From a virus: a DNA stretch of 64,000 bases. The notes under the pieces are model-generated. The model did no database searches. It was given only the letters and a program-made list of their open reading frames with translations, and was not told the DNA's origin. The number at the start of each line of letters is the position of its first letter. Position 1 is the stretch's first letter. Shown one piece after another: positions 19,855 through 27,903 of this stretch. Both the position numbers and the translations under genes were made by a program. Where the stretch lies: the IMG/VR virus record IMGVR_UViG_3300000295_000002, positions 1-64,000 of that record. The stretch is one strand, 5' to 3'.

Positions 19855-19893
19855 ACCTTGGCGGCAGACTAACTTAATAATCTGACCGCCAAG
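19855..19893 (-). terminator. intrinsic terminator after the tRNA array
   Basis: 9-bp stem CCTTGGCGG/CCGCCAAGG followed by TTTT on the minus strand. Confidence 0.6.
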
Positions 19894-19948
19894 GGAAAAC
19901 AGTTTAATTTTAAAATTTAATCATTTCTATACGACAAAGTAAAAAATG

Positions 19949-20039
19949 CGCCCTTAGATGGTATCGAGCCATCTTCTCTACATACTGGTCGGAGCATTAA
20001 ATATGCGTATGTAGCGCATTACCTAATTGCTTTAAGGGC
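19949..20039 (-). ncRNA. tRNA-shaped RNA with expanded anticodon arm (91 nt)
   Basis: Acceptor GCCCTTA/TAAGGGC, D arm GCA-ATTAGGTAA-TGC, T arm GATGG-CTCGATA-CCATC. An 8-bp stem CTACATAC/GTATGTAG encloses 21 nt where a 7-nt loop is expected. Confidence 0.55.
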
Positions 20040-20195
20040 AAAACTCAACGACTTATCCCAAGCAGTTGAGAAAAAAATAAATTATTTAAGTAAAACAAAA
20101 CACTTAAAAAGTGTCGATTCCAAATAAAGTACAACTACTTTCACAAGCTGTCATACAAGTATGAAAGATAATTAATAATTAAAAAATGTATTGAG

Positions 20196-20266
20196 TAGTT
20201 CCAGACTGAATCGAACAATCTCTAAGAGAACCAAAATCTCTTGTGCTACCGTTACACCATAGAACC
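20196..20266 (-). tRNA. tRNA-Gln (anticodon TTG)
   Basis: Hand-folded cloverleaf: acceptor GGTTCTA/TGGAACT, anticodon arm AGAGA-TTTTGGT-TCTCT, T arm GATTG-TTCGATT-CAGTC. Confidence 0.75.
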
Positions 20267-20359
20267 ATGAAGCATCATATTCTCACGAACTTGATGCTAA
20301 GATTTAAAAAGCTAATTAAGCACTTTACCTTATAACCTTATAACCAAAAAAATGAGTGT

Positions 20360-20430
20360 TGCAGAGTGCAGGATTCGAACCTGCGACCTCTAGGACATGA
20401 AACTAGCGAGCTACCACTGCTCCAACCTGC
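20360..20430 (-). tRNA. tRNA with CAT anticodon (Met or Ile2)
   Basis: T arm GCAGG-TTCGAAT-CCTGC and anticodon loop TTCATGT. There is one acceptor mismatch, one anticodon-stem mismatch, and a short 8/9 junction. Confidence 0.6.
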
Positions 20431-20562
20431 GATTTGTGCAGCCTATCTTCACAGACAGACTGCATTGCCATCATTGTCAAATTCAAATTCAAATTTTGTT
20501 AATTAAAATATAAACAAACAAGTAATCAAATAAAATATTTATGCAAAAACATTTAGAACTTT

Positions 20563-20654
20563 GGAGATATTGTCGGATTCGAACCAACACTTCCATACGA
20601 TAAGAACGGTATCTTCAAGTTGTATGACGTGCTTCCGTTTACACTAAATATCTC
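20563..20654 (-). ncRNA. tRNA-shaped RNA with expanded anticodon arm (92 nt)
   Basis: Acceptor GAGATAT/ATATCTC, D arm GTG-TAAACGGAAG-CAC, T arm GTTGG-TTCGAAT-CCGAC. The stem CATAC/GTATG encloses 23 nt, made of an 8-nt bulge plus the hairpin GATA-CCGTTCT-TATC. Confidence 0.55.
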
Positions 20655-20808
20655 TTTGTTGTTATTTAATTAAAGTATTGAGAAGTAATCTCTACTTTAA
20701 GTAGTGTTTAAGTCTCATTCTTTGACTTAACTCTGTTCAGAGTTAGCTAGACTTCTATATTCGTAATAAACGTTGTACTATCTAATAATAATAATAATTG
20801 AAAATTTG

Positions 20809-20908
20809 TGCAGGGAGGCGGAATCGAACCGCCACTATCTCACACGATAAGAAGAGGTATTATCTATTGTGCGAGGTGTGCAAGAATACCACTTACACCA
20901 TACCCTGC
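20809..20908 (-). ncRNA. tRNA-shaped RNA with expanded anticodon arm (100 nt)
   Basis: Acceptor GCAGGG(T)/(T)CCCTGC and T arm GGCGG-TTCGATT-CCGCC. The stem CACAC/GTGTG encloses 30 nt, made of an 11-nt bulge plus the hairpin GATAA-TACCTCTTC-TTATC. The D region is irregular. Confidence 0.5.
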
Positions 20909-21343
20909 TGTTTTATGTACCTAAAACCATGGAACTTTCTGTCGTTTGTGAATGCCACGATATTAATCGTTTCCGTATTCCCGATACAGCTAGCATTGAC
21001 GTTCCGTATGACACTCCATACATATTATAAATATCTTACACGTAAGATGGCAATAATACATACTTCGACTAGAATACTACATAGCAAACGATACAGACCT
21101 ATATTATGCCCTTTGCTTGTGCTGATGTTTCAGCATAGTTCATCGGTATAGTCTATGTAATATCTGTTACTGACTAGTTTTTCGTATGTCGTGCGTCCTT
21201 TTCGCCAGGTCACGGCATCCATTGATGCTCTCCGGCTACTTCTTTTCCACGCATACTATATTCTGTGCGTCAATATGTCAAAGAACTCTTCTCTAGCTTT
21301 CAGTTTCATCACTTATAGTGATAATCTGATTCTAAAAGAATTG

Positions 21344-21417
21344 CGGTTTCAGCAGGATTCGAACCTACGACCTATCGGTTAACAGCCGACCGCTCTAACC
21401 ATCTGAGCTATGAAACC
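21344..21417 (-). tRNA. tRNA-Asn (anticodon GTT)
   Basis: Clean cloverleaf: GGTTTCA/TGAAACC, D arm GCTC-AGATGGTTA-GAGC, anticodon arm GTCGG-CTGTTAA-CCGAT, T arm GTAGG-TTCGAAT-CCTGC. Confidence 0.85.
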
Positions 21418-21496
21418 ATATTGGGCGAGTTAAAATATGTGCGAAAGTAAAAAACTCGCCCATCCACCACACTTGGTGATATTAAACAACAGAACT

Positions 21497-21706
21497 CTAA
21501 TATATACGATGGCTTTCAAGCAGATTATCTATATCGCTTGCGAGGAAGAATGCAGAATGACCTATCATGCAGTGTGGTAGCTTTCCGCTCTTTCTCAACT
21601 CAACTATGAACGACTTTCCCATACCTATGTATGATGCAGCTTCATCAGTTGATAGCCATTTCTTAGCAATCTTTTCGACCACTACTTTCTTCTTCGGTGT
21701 TGCCAT
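21497..21706 (-). CDS. excisionase-like HTH DNA-binding protein
   Basis: WLSTDEAASYIGMGKSFIVELRKSGKLP resembles Xis/MerR-type HTH_17; lies next to the integrase module. Confidence 0.6.
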   Translation of the reverse strand: MATPKKKVVVEKIAKKWLSTDEAASYIGMGKSFIVELRKSGKLPHCMIGHSAFFLASDIDNLLESHRIY

Positions 21707-21721
21707 TTTATTATTCTCCTA

Positions 21722-22072
21722 TTACTTTTCAAGCATCCTTTGCAGAAATGCTTTTTCGTTTTCTAGGCATTGTACTCGTTCTTCAAGTCTTGCCTTTTCG
21801 ATTCGTAATTGTGTTGCGTCATCTATCTGACCTATCATTACAGGTGCATCACCTTTTCCGTAGGCGAGCCATTGTAAATCAACCTTTAGGTTAGAGCAAA
21901 TAGCCATCATAGCTGCCTTGGTAAAATTCTGCTTACCTCTTAGCATCTTTGATAGGTTAGAGCAATCGAGACCAACATCAACCGAAAACGACCTTGTGGA
22001 CTTGTAGTTGCCCAACTCTATAACCTTTGCAACCCTCTGACGAACCTCTTCCTGATTATATTCTATCTTCAT
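21722..22072 (-). CDS. HTH transcriptional regulator with C-terminal coiled coil (CI-like candidate)
   Basis: SFSVDVGLDCSNLSKMLRGKQNFT...LQWLAYGKGD plus a heptad-like C-terminus. It is divergent from a similar gene. Confidence 0.6.
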   Translation of the reverse strand: MKIEYNQEEVRQRVAKVIELGNYKSTRSFSVDVGLDCSNLSKMLRGKQNFTKAAMMAICSNLKVDLQWLAYGKGDAPVMIGQIDDATQLRIEKARLEERVQCLENEKAFLQRMLEK

Positions 22073-22120
22073 TATTTTCTTAAAATAACTATATTTAACC
22101 AAAAAAGTTTGGTGGAATGA

Positions 22121-22292
22121 AGTTAAATAACTATCTTTGCAGTGGATAAATAGCTTAGACGGTGTTTTAAACTCCGTCCCACCTTTTTCGTCTATCAGTG
22201 TTGTAACTGATTAACGATTGCAAAGGTACGGAAATAACCTCAAATAACCAAACTTTTCGAAGAGAAAGTTTTGTTATTCTTGGTTATTTAAC
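22121..22292. promoter_or_regulatory. switch region with face-to-face TAnnTTTG promoter boxes and AAATAAC operator-like repeats
   Basis: TATCTTTG lies at 22132-22139 (+) and TACCTTTG at 22221-22228 (-). GTTAAATAAC lies at 22122-22131 with an inverted copy at 22282-22292, and AAATAACC at 22232-22239 and 22242-22249. Confidence 0.5.
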
Positions 22293-22348
22293 CTTTGTTT
22301 ACGAAAGGTGGCGCATAATGTGTAATTTCTAAACAGATTTTAAGAATT

Positions 22349-22798
22349 ATGAATGATATTGCGAAGAACTTAAAGTTTTGCTTCGACATAAGTAAATTCA
22401 AGTCGATGTCTCAGTTTTGCAAGGTAATAGGTATAGACCAAGCTAATCTCAGCAAGAAGATGAGCGAAAGTAATACCAAGTATTCTTTCAACAAGAATGA
22501 TATTCAAAAGATTTGCTACAATCTAGGTCTGAGAAAAGAATGGCTAGTAAATTCTGATGGCGATATGTTTGATGATAAAGCTGCCGTTAGTCCAAGTGAC
22601 TGGGTTTTTGGTAAAGATAGAACACCTAATATAAATATGGTGAACGAAGAAAACGCCCACCACAACAAACAGATAATTGGAGACTTCTCAGAGAGCGAAA
22701 TCAATCTGTTGCGTGAGCAGGTGGCAGACCTGCGCAAGCAAGTAGAGAGCAAGGATGCTCAAATCAAGCAGCTAATGGATTTGCTTGCAAAGAAGTAG
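22349..22798 (+). CDS. HTH transcriptional regulator with C-terminal coiled coil (Cro/antirepressor-side candidate)
   Basis: SQFCKVIGIDQANLSKKMSE...KEWLVNSDGDMF parallels the divergent gene. The C-terminus reads LREQVADLRKQVESKDAQIKQLMDLL. Confidence 0.6.
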   Translation: MNDIAKNLKFCFDISKFKSMSQFCKVIGIDQANLSKKMSESNTKYSFNKNDIQKICYNLGLRKEWLVNSDGDMFDDKAAVSPSDWVFGKDRTPNINMVNEENAHHNKQIIGDFSESEINLLREQVADLRKQVESKDAQIKQLMDLLAKK

Positions 22799-22800
22799 GA

Positions 22801-23055
22801 ATGCAAGTAATATGCAAGTAAGGTATAATTTTAACACAATATGAAAACAAAGAAACTATCAGTAAACACTATATGTGTGAGGGGTGGATATACCCCAAAA
22901 AATGGTGAGCCTATTGAGCTTCACTTAACGCGATAAGCATTCACACTGAGTATCAATACGTTACGAGATTTAACGAGTAAAATATAAAGTAAAAAATGCC
23001 CGAAAAGCCCCGTAAATATGATAAAAACTGATAGACTTTGCAAGTAATATGCAAG
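22801..23055 (+). repeat. 17-nt perfect direct repeat TGCAAGTAATATGCAAG upstream of the integrase
   Basis: Copies at 22802-22818 and 23039-23055; each contains two TGCAAG half-sites. Confidence 0.8.
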
Positions 23056-23073
23056 CTAATAGGAGATAGAATT

Positions 23074-24240
23074 ATGAAGGTTTACGTTGAAGACAAGACA
23101 TATAAGGTGTATTTCTCCATCACTCATAAGTGTAAGAGATTCTATATATACACAGGATTGCAATCGACAGAGAAGTTTGATGGTATGGTATTTCCTCGTT
23201 CAGACAAGTCTGCAAAGGCAAAAACTAAGCGACTGGCAGAGCTATATTCAAGCGTGGAAGACTATATACTGCTGCACAAGGGTGAGGACGTTCCGATGCT
23301 AAAAAGCCATCTGAAAGAGATTATAAAGGGTGGCAAGGTAGCTGAGAAGAATTTCCTCGACTATATGCAGATGTGTGCAGATTTCAAGAATTTGAAAGCT
23401 GGCACGAAGAGAGTATATGATGTGACCATCATCAGAATTAGAAATTTTGATGCTAAGTGTACATTTGATACCATCACTAGAGACTGGCTCGATAAGTTTG
23501 TGAAGCATGAATATGAAAGAGGACGGATGCCTAACGGAGTTCATATTGATTTGAGAAATATCAAGGCAACATTCAATTGGGCAATTGATAATGAGATAAC
23601 AACCCTATTCCCATTCCGTAAGTACGTACTTCCACATGAGGAAACAAGAAAGCGTTGTTTATCTCTAGAACAGATGAGACAGTTGCGTGATGCAGAGTTC
23701 CACACTAACCCTCAACGTGAATCAAGGGATTTGTTCATGCTAGGTTTCTATTTGATTGGTATCAATATATCAGACCTTCTCGATTTGAAGCAAACAGACC
23801 TTCGTGGTGGCAGAATATGCTACAAGCGCAACAAGACGGGACGATTGTATGATATAAAGGTAGAACCAGAGGCGTTGGAGATTATAAAGCGATACAAAGG
23901 AAATAAATACCTTTTAAAGTATAAGGACAGCAGTAAGTTCAACCTCAAACACTTTGAGAGCAATTTGAATTTCAGACTTAAAAGGTTAGGTAAATTCAGA
24001 GAATATAGTAAAGAACCGATGTTCCCTTATCTTTCCACCTACTATAATCGCCATACGTGGGCAACGCTAGCAAGCGAGATTGATATACCGATGGAAGTTA
24101 TAGGCAGGGCATTAGGTCATGCGATGTGGGATAATGCGGTAACATCAACCTACATTAAATATGATACAAAGAAGATTGATGAAGCCAACAGAAAGGTTAT
24201 TGATTACCTTAACAAAGATTTAGAAGATACAGATTTATAA
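23074..24240 (+). CDS. int: tyrosine recombinase / phage integrase
   Basis: C-terminal NRHTWATLA...IGRALGHAMWDNAVTSTYIKY (H-x-x-R...Y) catalytic pattern; AGGAGA upstream of the ATG at 23074. Confidence 0.85.
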   Translation: MKVYVEDKTYKVYFSITHKCKRFYIYTGLQSTEKFDGMVFPRSDKSAKAKTKRLAELYSSVEDYILLHKGEDVPMLKSHLKEIIKGGKVAEKNFLDYMQMCADFKNLKAGTKRVYDVTIIRIRNFDAKCTFDTITRDWLDKFVKHEYERGRMPNGVHIDLRNIKATFNWAIDNEITTLFPFRKYVLPHEETRKRCLSLEQMRQLRDAEFHTNPQRESRDLFMLGFYLIGINISDLLDLKQTDLRGGRICYKRNKTGRLYDIKVEPEALEIIKRYKGNKYLLKYKDSSKFNLKHFESNLNFRLKRLGKFREYSKEPMFPYLSTYYNRHTWATLASEIDIPMEVIGRALGHAMWDNAVTSTYIKYDTKKIDEANRKVIDYLNKDLEDTDL

Positions 24241-24265
24241 TTATTACAATTAAAAGAGCAAATAA

Positions 24266-24290
24266 AAAGGGAGGCTACGAACCTCCCTTT
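24266..24290. terminator. bidirectional intrinsic terminator
   Basis: AAAGGGAGG-CTACGAA-CCTCCCTTT lies between convergent genes. Confidence 0.7.
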
Positions 24291-24294
24291 CTTG

Positions 24295-24588
24295 CTATTT
24301 ATCCGATAGAATAGTTTCTATCTTCTTACGGTAATCAACAGAGCCGTCAATGAATGCGTGCATAAACAGAATACTATCGCTTATTGGTAAGCTGATAGGC
24401 TCGTTGATGAAGTCCTTTGTGACTTCCGAGTTATTCACCAATGCGGCAACAAGACGTTTCTTTTCGTAATTAAAACCTTGTGTAAATCCTGCGGCGAATG
24501 GTGTAAGCGAGTGAAAGAATGGTGTTGGTTCTTCACTCAGATTTTGCAGTCTCTGTTTCAGAGTCATTTCCTTTGTCTTTTCCATCAT
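24295..24588 (-). CDS. hypothetical protein
   Basis: ORF track; internal ATG chosen to limit overlap. Confidence 0.45.
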   Translation of the reverse strand: MMEKTKEMTLKQRLQNLSEEPTPFFHSLTPFAAGFTQGFNYEKKRLVAALVNNSEVTKDFINEPISLPISDSILFMHAFIDGSVDYRKKIETILSDK

Positions 24589-25045
24589 TATTTTTCTTTT
24601 TAATTTCTTCCTCCATTTTATGTAAGCGTTCAACCTCTTGCTCATAGATGTTGTCAATCGCGTCAGAATACTTTAGGTATTGTGTAAGGCTCTTCTTGCG
24701 CTGCATAAACTCAGCCTTATTCTTATACTTCATACCTTGTAATGCGGTCAGTCTGTGACGCTGCATTTCAAGTTGCAGCTCATCGCAAAACCACACCATA
24801 TTCTGCACAGCTTTTTTCTCCTTACTCTGTATTTCCCTTGAGAGGTTAACAAGAGCTTTGTATCTTCTGTTCTCCACGCTTATTATCAGTTTGAATATTA
24901 CCCAACTGAATACGAATGCAATCCAAACAAATGCAACACCAAAATTGCCAATACAAGCGTAGAATATTGCAAACGTAACACCCAATAACATTTCTGCATA
25001 GTAAATATCGAACCATCCGAAACGCTTCTTAATCATTTTCTTCAT
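24533..25045 (-). CDS. membrane protein with C-terminal coiled coil
   Basis: MKKMIKKRFGW followed by two hydrophobic helices. Confidence 0.5.
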   Translation of the reverse strand: MKKMIKKRFGWFDIYYAEMLLGVTFAIFYACIGNFGVAFVWIAFVFSWVIFKLIISVENRRYKALVNLSREIQSKEKKAVQNMVWFCDELQLEMQRHRLTALQGMKYKNKAEFMQRKKSLTQYLKYSDAIDNIYEQEVERLHKMEEEIKKKNNDGKDKGNDSETETAKSE

Positions 25046-25952
25046 GTCTTTTGTTTGATAAATTATTGTTGAGACGAATATAGAAATCCTCATCACTCTC
25101 TCCATTCTGCTTAAAGCTAAGATTGTTCTCTTCGATAAAGTCAAGAATAATCCATATACTCTTTTTGCCGAGATTCCTAATCTTATCCAAATCAGACTTA
25201 CCATGGAATTTGCGGAGTAAATCGCCTACGGTATATACGTCGCACCATCTGAACATATTCAGAATACGAACAGGAAAGCCACAGTCGTTTACATCTTTAC
25301 CAAGTATTAATGGTGGAAGTATCGTTCCACCGATAGGAGTATCACCTTTTGCACGTCTGTATTCATCATAACTAGCTTGTGTTGCTTTTAGTTTCTTCTT
25401 TAAACCATCAATCACGATTCTCAAATCTTGATTTGTAGCAATCTCGGCAATGGCGGCATCCTCGTTGTACGTCAGCTTATTGCACGTCTTCTCTACAATC
25501 TGTCTGATTCTAGTTGCTGATACGCCATACTTGAGTGACAACTCATCATAGGTCATTCCGTTAATTATGTCCTTTAGCAACTTAGATTCACGATAACTGA
25601 GTTTTGGAGTGATGCCAAGATACGACATAGCGTTTATTACGCCAAAAAGCATACCAACAGCGTTGGCAGCCAGTTTGCCGTTTGCGGTTGCTCTGTTTCT
25701 CAACTCGGTAAGTTCAACGTTTATTGCACGCTTGTGCGCTTCAACTTCTTTGAGCTTATCATCTATCATCTTTTCGTTGGCTGCAAGCATCTTGTACTTC
25801 TGGGCGTATTTTTCAACGTCCTCGCTGTTTACATACAAGATACCATGCTCGCCTACACAACTACCAATGAGACCTTGCTCGATGTAGTTACTAATAGTCT
25901 GTCTAGATAAGCCAAGTATCTCGGCAGCTTTGTTTCTTGTGATTCTAGCCAT
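25029..25952 (-). CDS. multi-HTH regulator with RNA polymerase alpha-CTD-like C-terminal domain
   Basis: N-terminal AAEILGLSRQTISNYIEQG, a middle sigma-r4/LuxR-like LSYRESKLL...YGVSATRIRQIVEK, and a C-terminal VRILNMFRWCDVYTVGDLL...IRNLGKKSI that resembles E. coli alpha-CTD [19 protein letters not shown]...TPNLGKKSL. Confidence 0.6.
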   Translation of the reverse strand: MARITRNKAAEILGLSRQTISNYIEQGLIGSCVGEHGILYVNSEDVEKYAQKYKMLAANEKMIDDKLKEVEAHKRAINVELTELRNRATANGKLAANAVGMLFGVINAMSYLGITPKLSYRESKLLKDIINGMTYDELSLKYGVSATRIRQIVEKTCNKLTYNEDAAIAEIATNQDLRIVIDGLKKKLKATQASYDEYRRAKGDTPIGGTILPPLILGKDVNDCGFPVRILNMFRWCDVYTVGDLLRKFHGKSDLDKIRNLGKKSIWIILDFIEENNLSFKQNGESDEDFYIRLNNNLSNKRHEEND

Positions 25953-25968
25953 ATAACCAACTCTTTTA

Positions 25969-26109
25969 TTATTTCAGATTTGAATCTGCTAATCTCAGCT
26001 CTAACTGTTGTATAATGTTGTCGATTGTCTTTCCCTTATAGTCAATGGCAATCTTCTTCAATGTTGCAATCTGAGCCATAATATTAATTTTATCCCCTGC
26101 TGTCATCAT
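25969..26109 (-). CDS. hypothetical small protein (46 aa)
   Basis: ATG just downstream of the upstream stop. Confidence 0.35.
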   Translation of the reverse strand: MMTAGDKINIMAQIATLKKIAIDYKGKTIDNIIQQLELRLADSNLK

Positions 26110-26125
26110 AATCAATATTTGTTTA

Positions 26126-26476
26126 TTAAGATGCGGTGCTTGCAAAGTTGTAGTGTACAACATAAACATAACCGCCATACATTTTTCCGTAAGTAACCTC
26201 TATGAAGTCAAAGATAATATCTCCACAATCCTTGTATGGAATCAAAGGTTCAGTAGGGAATGCTTTATATTTCGTATAATAACTACTTACTTCTTGTGAA
26301 AGCAACTGCTTAAAAATATCCACTTCTCCATACTTTGTGAATACACCTTTGAACTCGTTTTCATTGTCTATAGCAACAACTACTCCAAGTTCTTTCTTGA
26401 TACGTACACCCTCATATTCGTTGCGAACGCCGTTAAATATTGTTGATGTAGTAAGAATCCCTTTAATCTCTTCCAT
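26126..26476 (-). CDS. hypothetical protein
   Basis: ORF track. Confidence 0.55.
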   Translation of the reverse strand: MEEIKGILTTSTIFNGVRNEYEGVRIKKELGVVVAIDNENEFKGVFTKYGEVDIFKQLLSQEVSSYYTKYKAFPTEPLIPYKDCGDIIFDFIEVTYGKMYGGYVYVVHYNFASTAS

Positions 26477-26711
26477 ATATCAATTTCTTAAAATGTGAAC
26501 ACTAACAGCCTTGTTTACTGCATTAGGCTGCGACTCATTAAAACTCTTGATAAAGTTACGTTCCATTTCTTCAGGAAACATAGCTTTTTTCGGTTTCGGC
26601 ATTGATAACGTGCCTACTACTTTGTACCCACCCGTAGTGTAATCACACACTTACGAGTGATTGTCTCTTCTCCAAACATATTATTCTGTTTTATATTTAA
26701 TTATTTAACGT

Positions 26712-27395
26712 TCAAACTAATTGCAAGTACTTCTCAGAATATTTCTTTCTAAGATACTCTAATACGTGGTTATATGATTTAAGAAAACCATCATTAATAA
26801 GCATAGCTACTTGTCTCTCCATATTAAACAATTCGTATTGTTTAACTTCTTCTCCTTGTTTGTTTCTCATTTCGTGTTCATGCTTTCCGAACACAACGCA
26901 ATTTATTGCTTTTGCTATTTTGCACATAGCTGCTGACATAAACTTCTTACTAACAATTTTACTGATAGCAGAACCAAGCTCTTTGTACGCATCGCCTGCA
27001 TCGTTTCTATATTTCAACATTTGGTCGTACACAAACTTTATAACTTGAACCTCAAATCGTGGATTGAGCCACATTGCGAATTTAACAAAGAGAATAGGGT
27101 GCATCCAAGTACCTCCACCTCTATCAGACCTTGCTTTCGATTTTACATACACAGAATTTTGGGTATGTAGATTTTCTTCCTCCATCAAAGCATTGATGAA
27201 CTCCTTGATTCCTTTGTTATTGAAGAAATCATCAAGGTCTTTCTTTACATACCCAACTTTTTGGGTATCATCATTATGCTCAACAAACTCATTCCATTGT
27301 TTGAGCAAGTTTGTAGCATTGAACATACTATCTTTTGTTCTTTGCTCGACCAAAAAATTACCCATTGGTCTCTTCATTACTTGATTTGTAATCAT
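26712..27395 (-). CDS. KilA-N domain DNA-binding protein
   Basis: GGGTWMHPILFVKFAMWLNPRFEVQV is KilA-N-like. Start placed at the ATG at 27395 (MITNQV...). Confidence 0.65.
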   Translation of the reverse strand: MITNQVMKRPMGNFLVEQRTKDSMFNATNLLKQWNEFVEHNDDTQKVGYVKKDLDDFFNNKGIKEFINALMEEENLHTQNSVYVKSKARSDRGGGTWMHPILFVKFAMWLNPRFEVQVIKFVYDQMLKYRNDAGDAYKELGSAISKIVSKKFMSAAMCKIAKAINCVVFGKHEHEMRNKQGEEVKQYELFNMERQVAMLINDGFLKSYNHVLEYLRKKYSEKYLQLV

Positions 27396-27900
27396 CTTCC
27401 CTATATTTAATGATTTATAATTAATATTGTTCCTTATAAAAAGGTTATATGAAACAGGCAATAGACCTCTGAGAGAGTGGTTCTCCCCCTTACCCCCATC
27501 ATTCATTGAAACGATGAGAGTTTGGAAGGAATATTCCACTCGAAGTTACATGAACCCAGTATAATGAGCCCCTTCGGTCGGGTCAGTTGCCAAATCGTAC
27601 AGCACTTAACCTAAGCAGCTTTCGGGGTACGCCCCGCCCTGCCCGCCTTCTGCCTTCAGTTCCTGCGGTGTCACCATGCACCTCTTGTGACGTGGGTTTA
27701 AAGTCTGTGTAGCCGAGTGTATTTAGCCGACAAGCCACCAAGACTACTTGTTTACTCTCGAAAAAGAATAGGGAAAGTGAAAACCCTATCCTTTGTTCGT
27801 GTTGCGCTCCGAACTCCGGATAGGGTTTCGTATAGGGAAGTGAATAATCACTCAAATATACTTAAATGTCCGCTGTTTAGTGCGCAACTACTAACAAGCA
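27396..27900 (-). ncRNA. long GC-rich structured leader / candidate ncRNA upstream of the KilA-N gene
   Basis: There is no credible ORF. GC-rich runs such as GCCCCGCCCTGCCCGCC stand in an AT-rich genome. Structures include an 11-bp perfect hairpin (27781-27791/27818-27828) and a CGGGG-UACG-CCCCG hairpin at 27623-27636. A minus-strand TACTTTTG box lies at 27904-27911. Confidence 0.5.
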
Positions 27901-27903
27901 CTG

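Noticed and set aside
20798-21382. Plus-strand ORFs 20798-21151 and 21191-21382
   Set aside because: They overlap tRNA or tRNA-like genes on the other strand and lack start signals.
19949-21417. Suppressor tRNAs or stop-codon reassignment
   Set aside because: All long ORFs (for example the 1873-aa and 885-aa ones) are intact in the standard code. No CTA, TCA or TTA anticodon was seen in a canonical loop.
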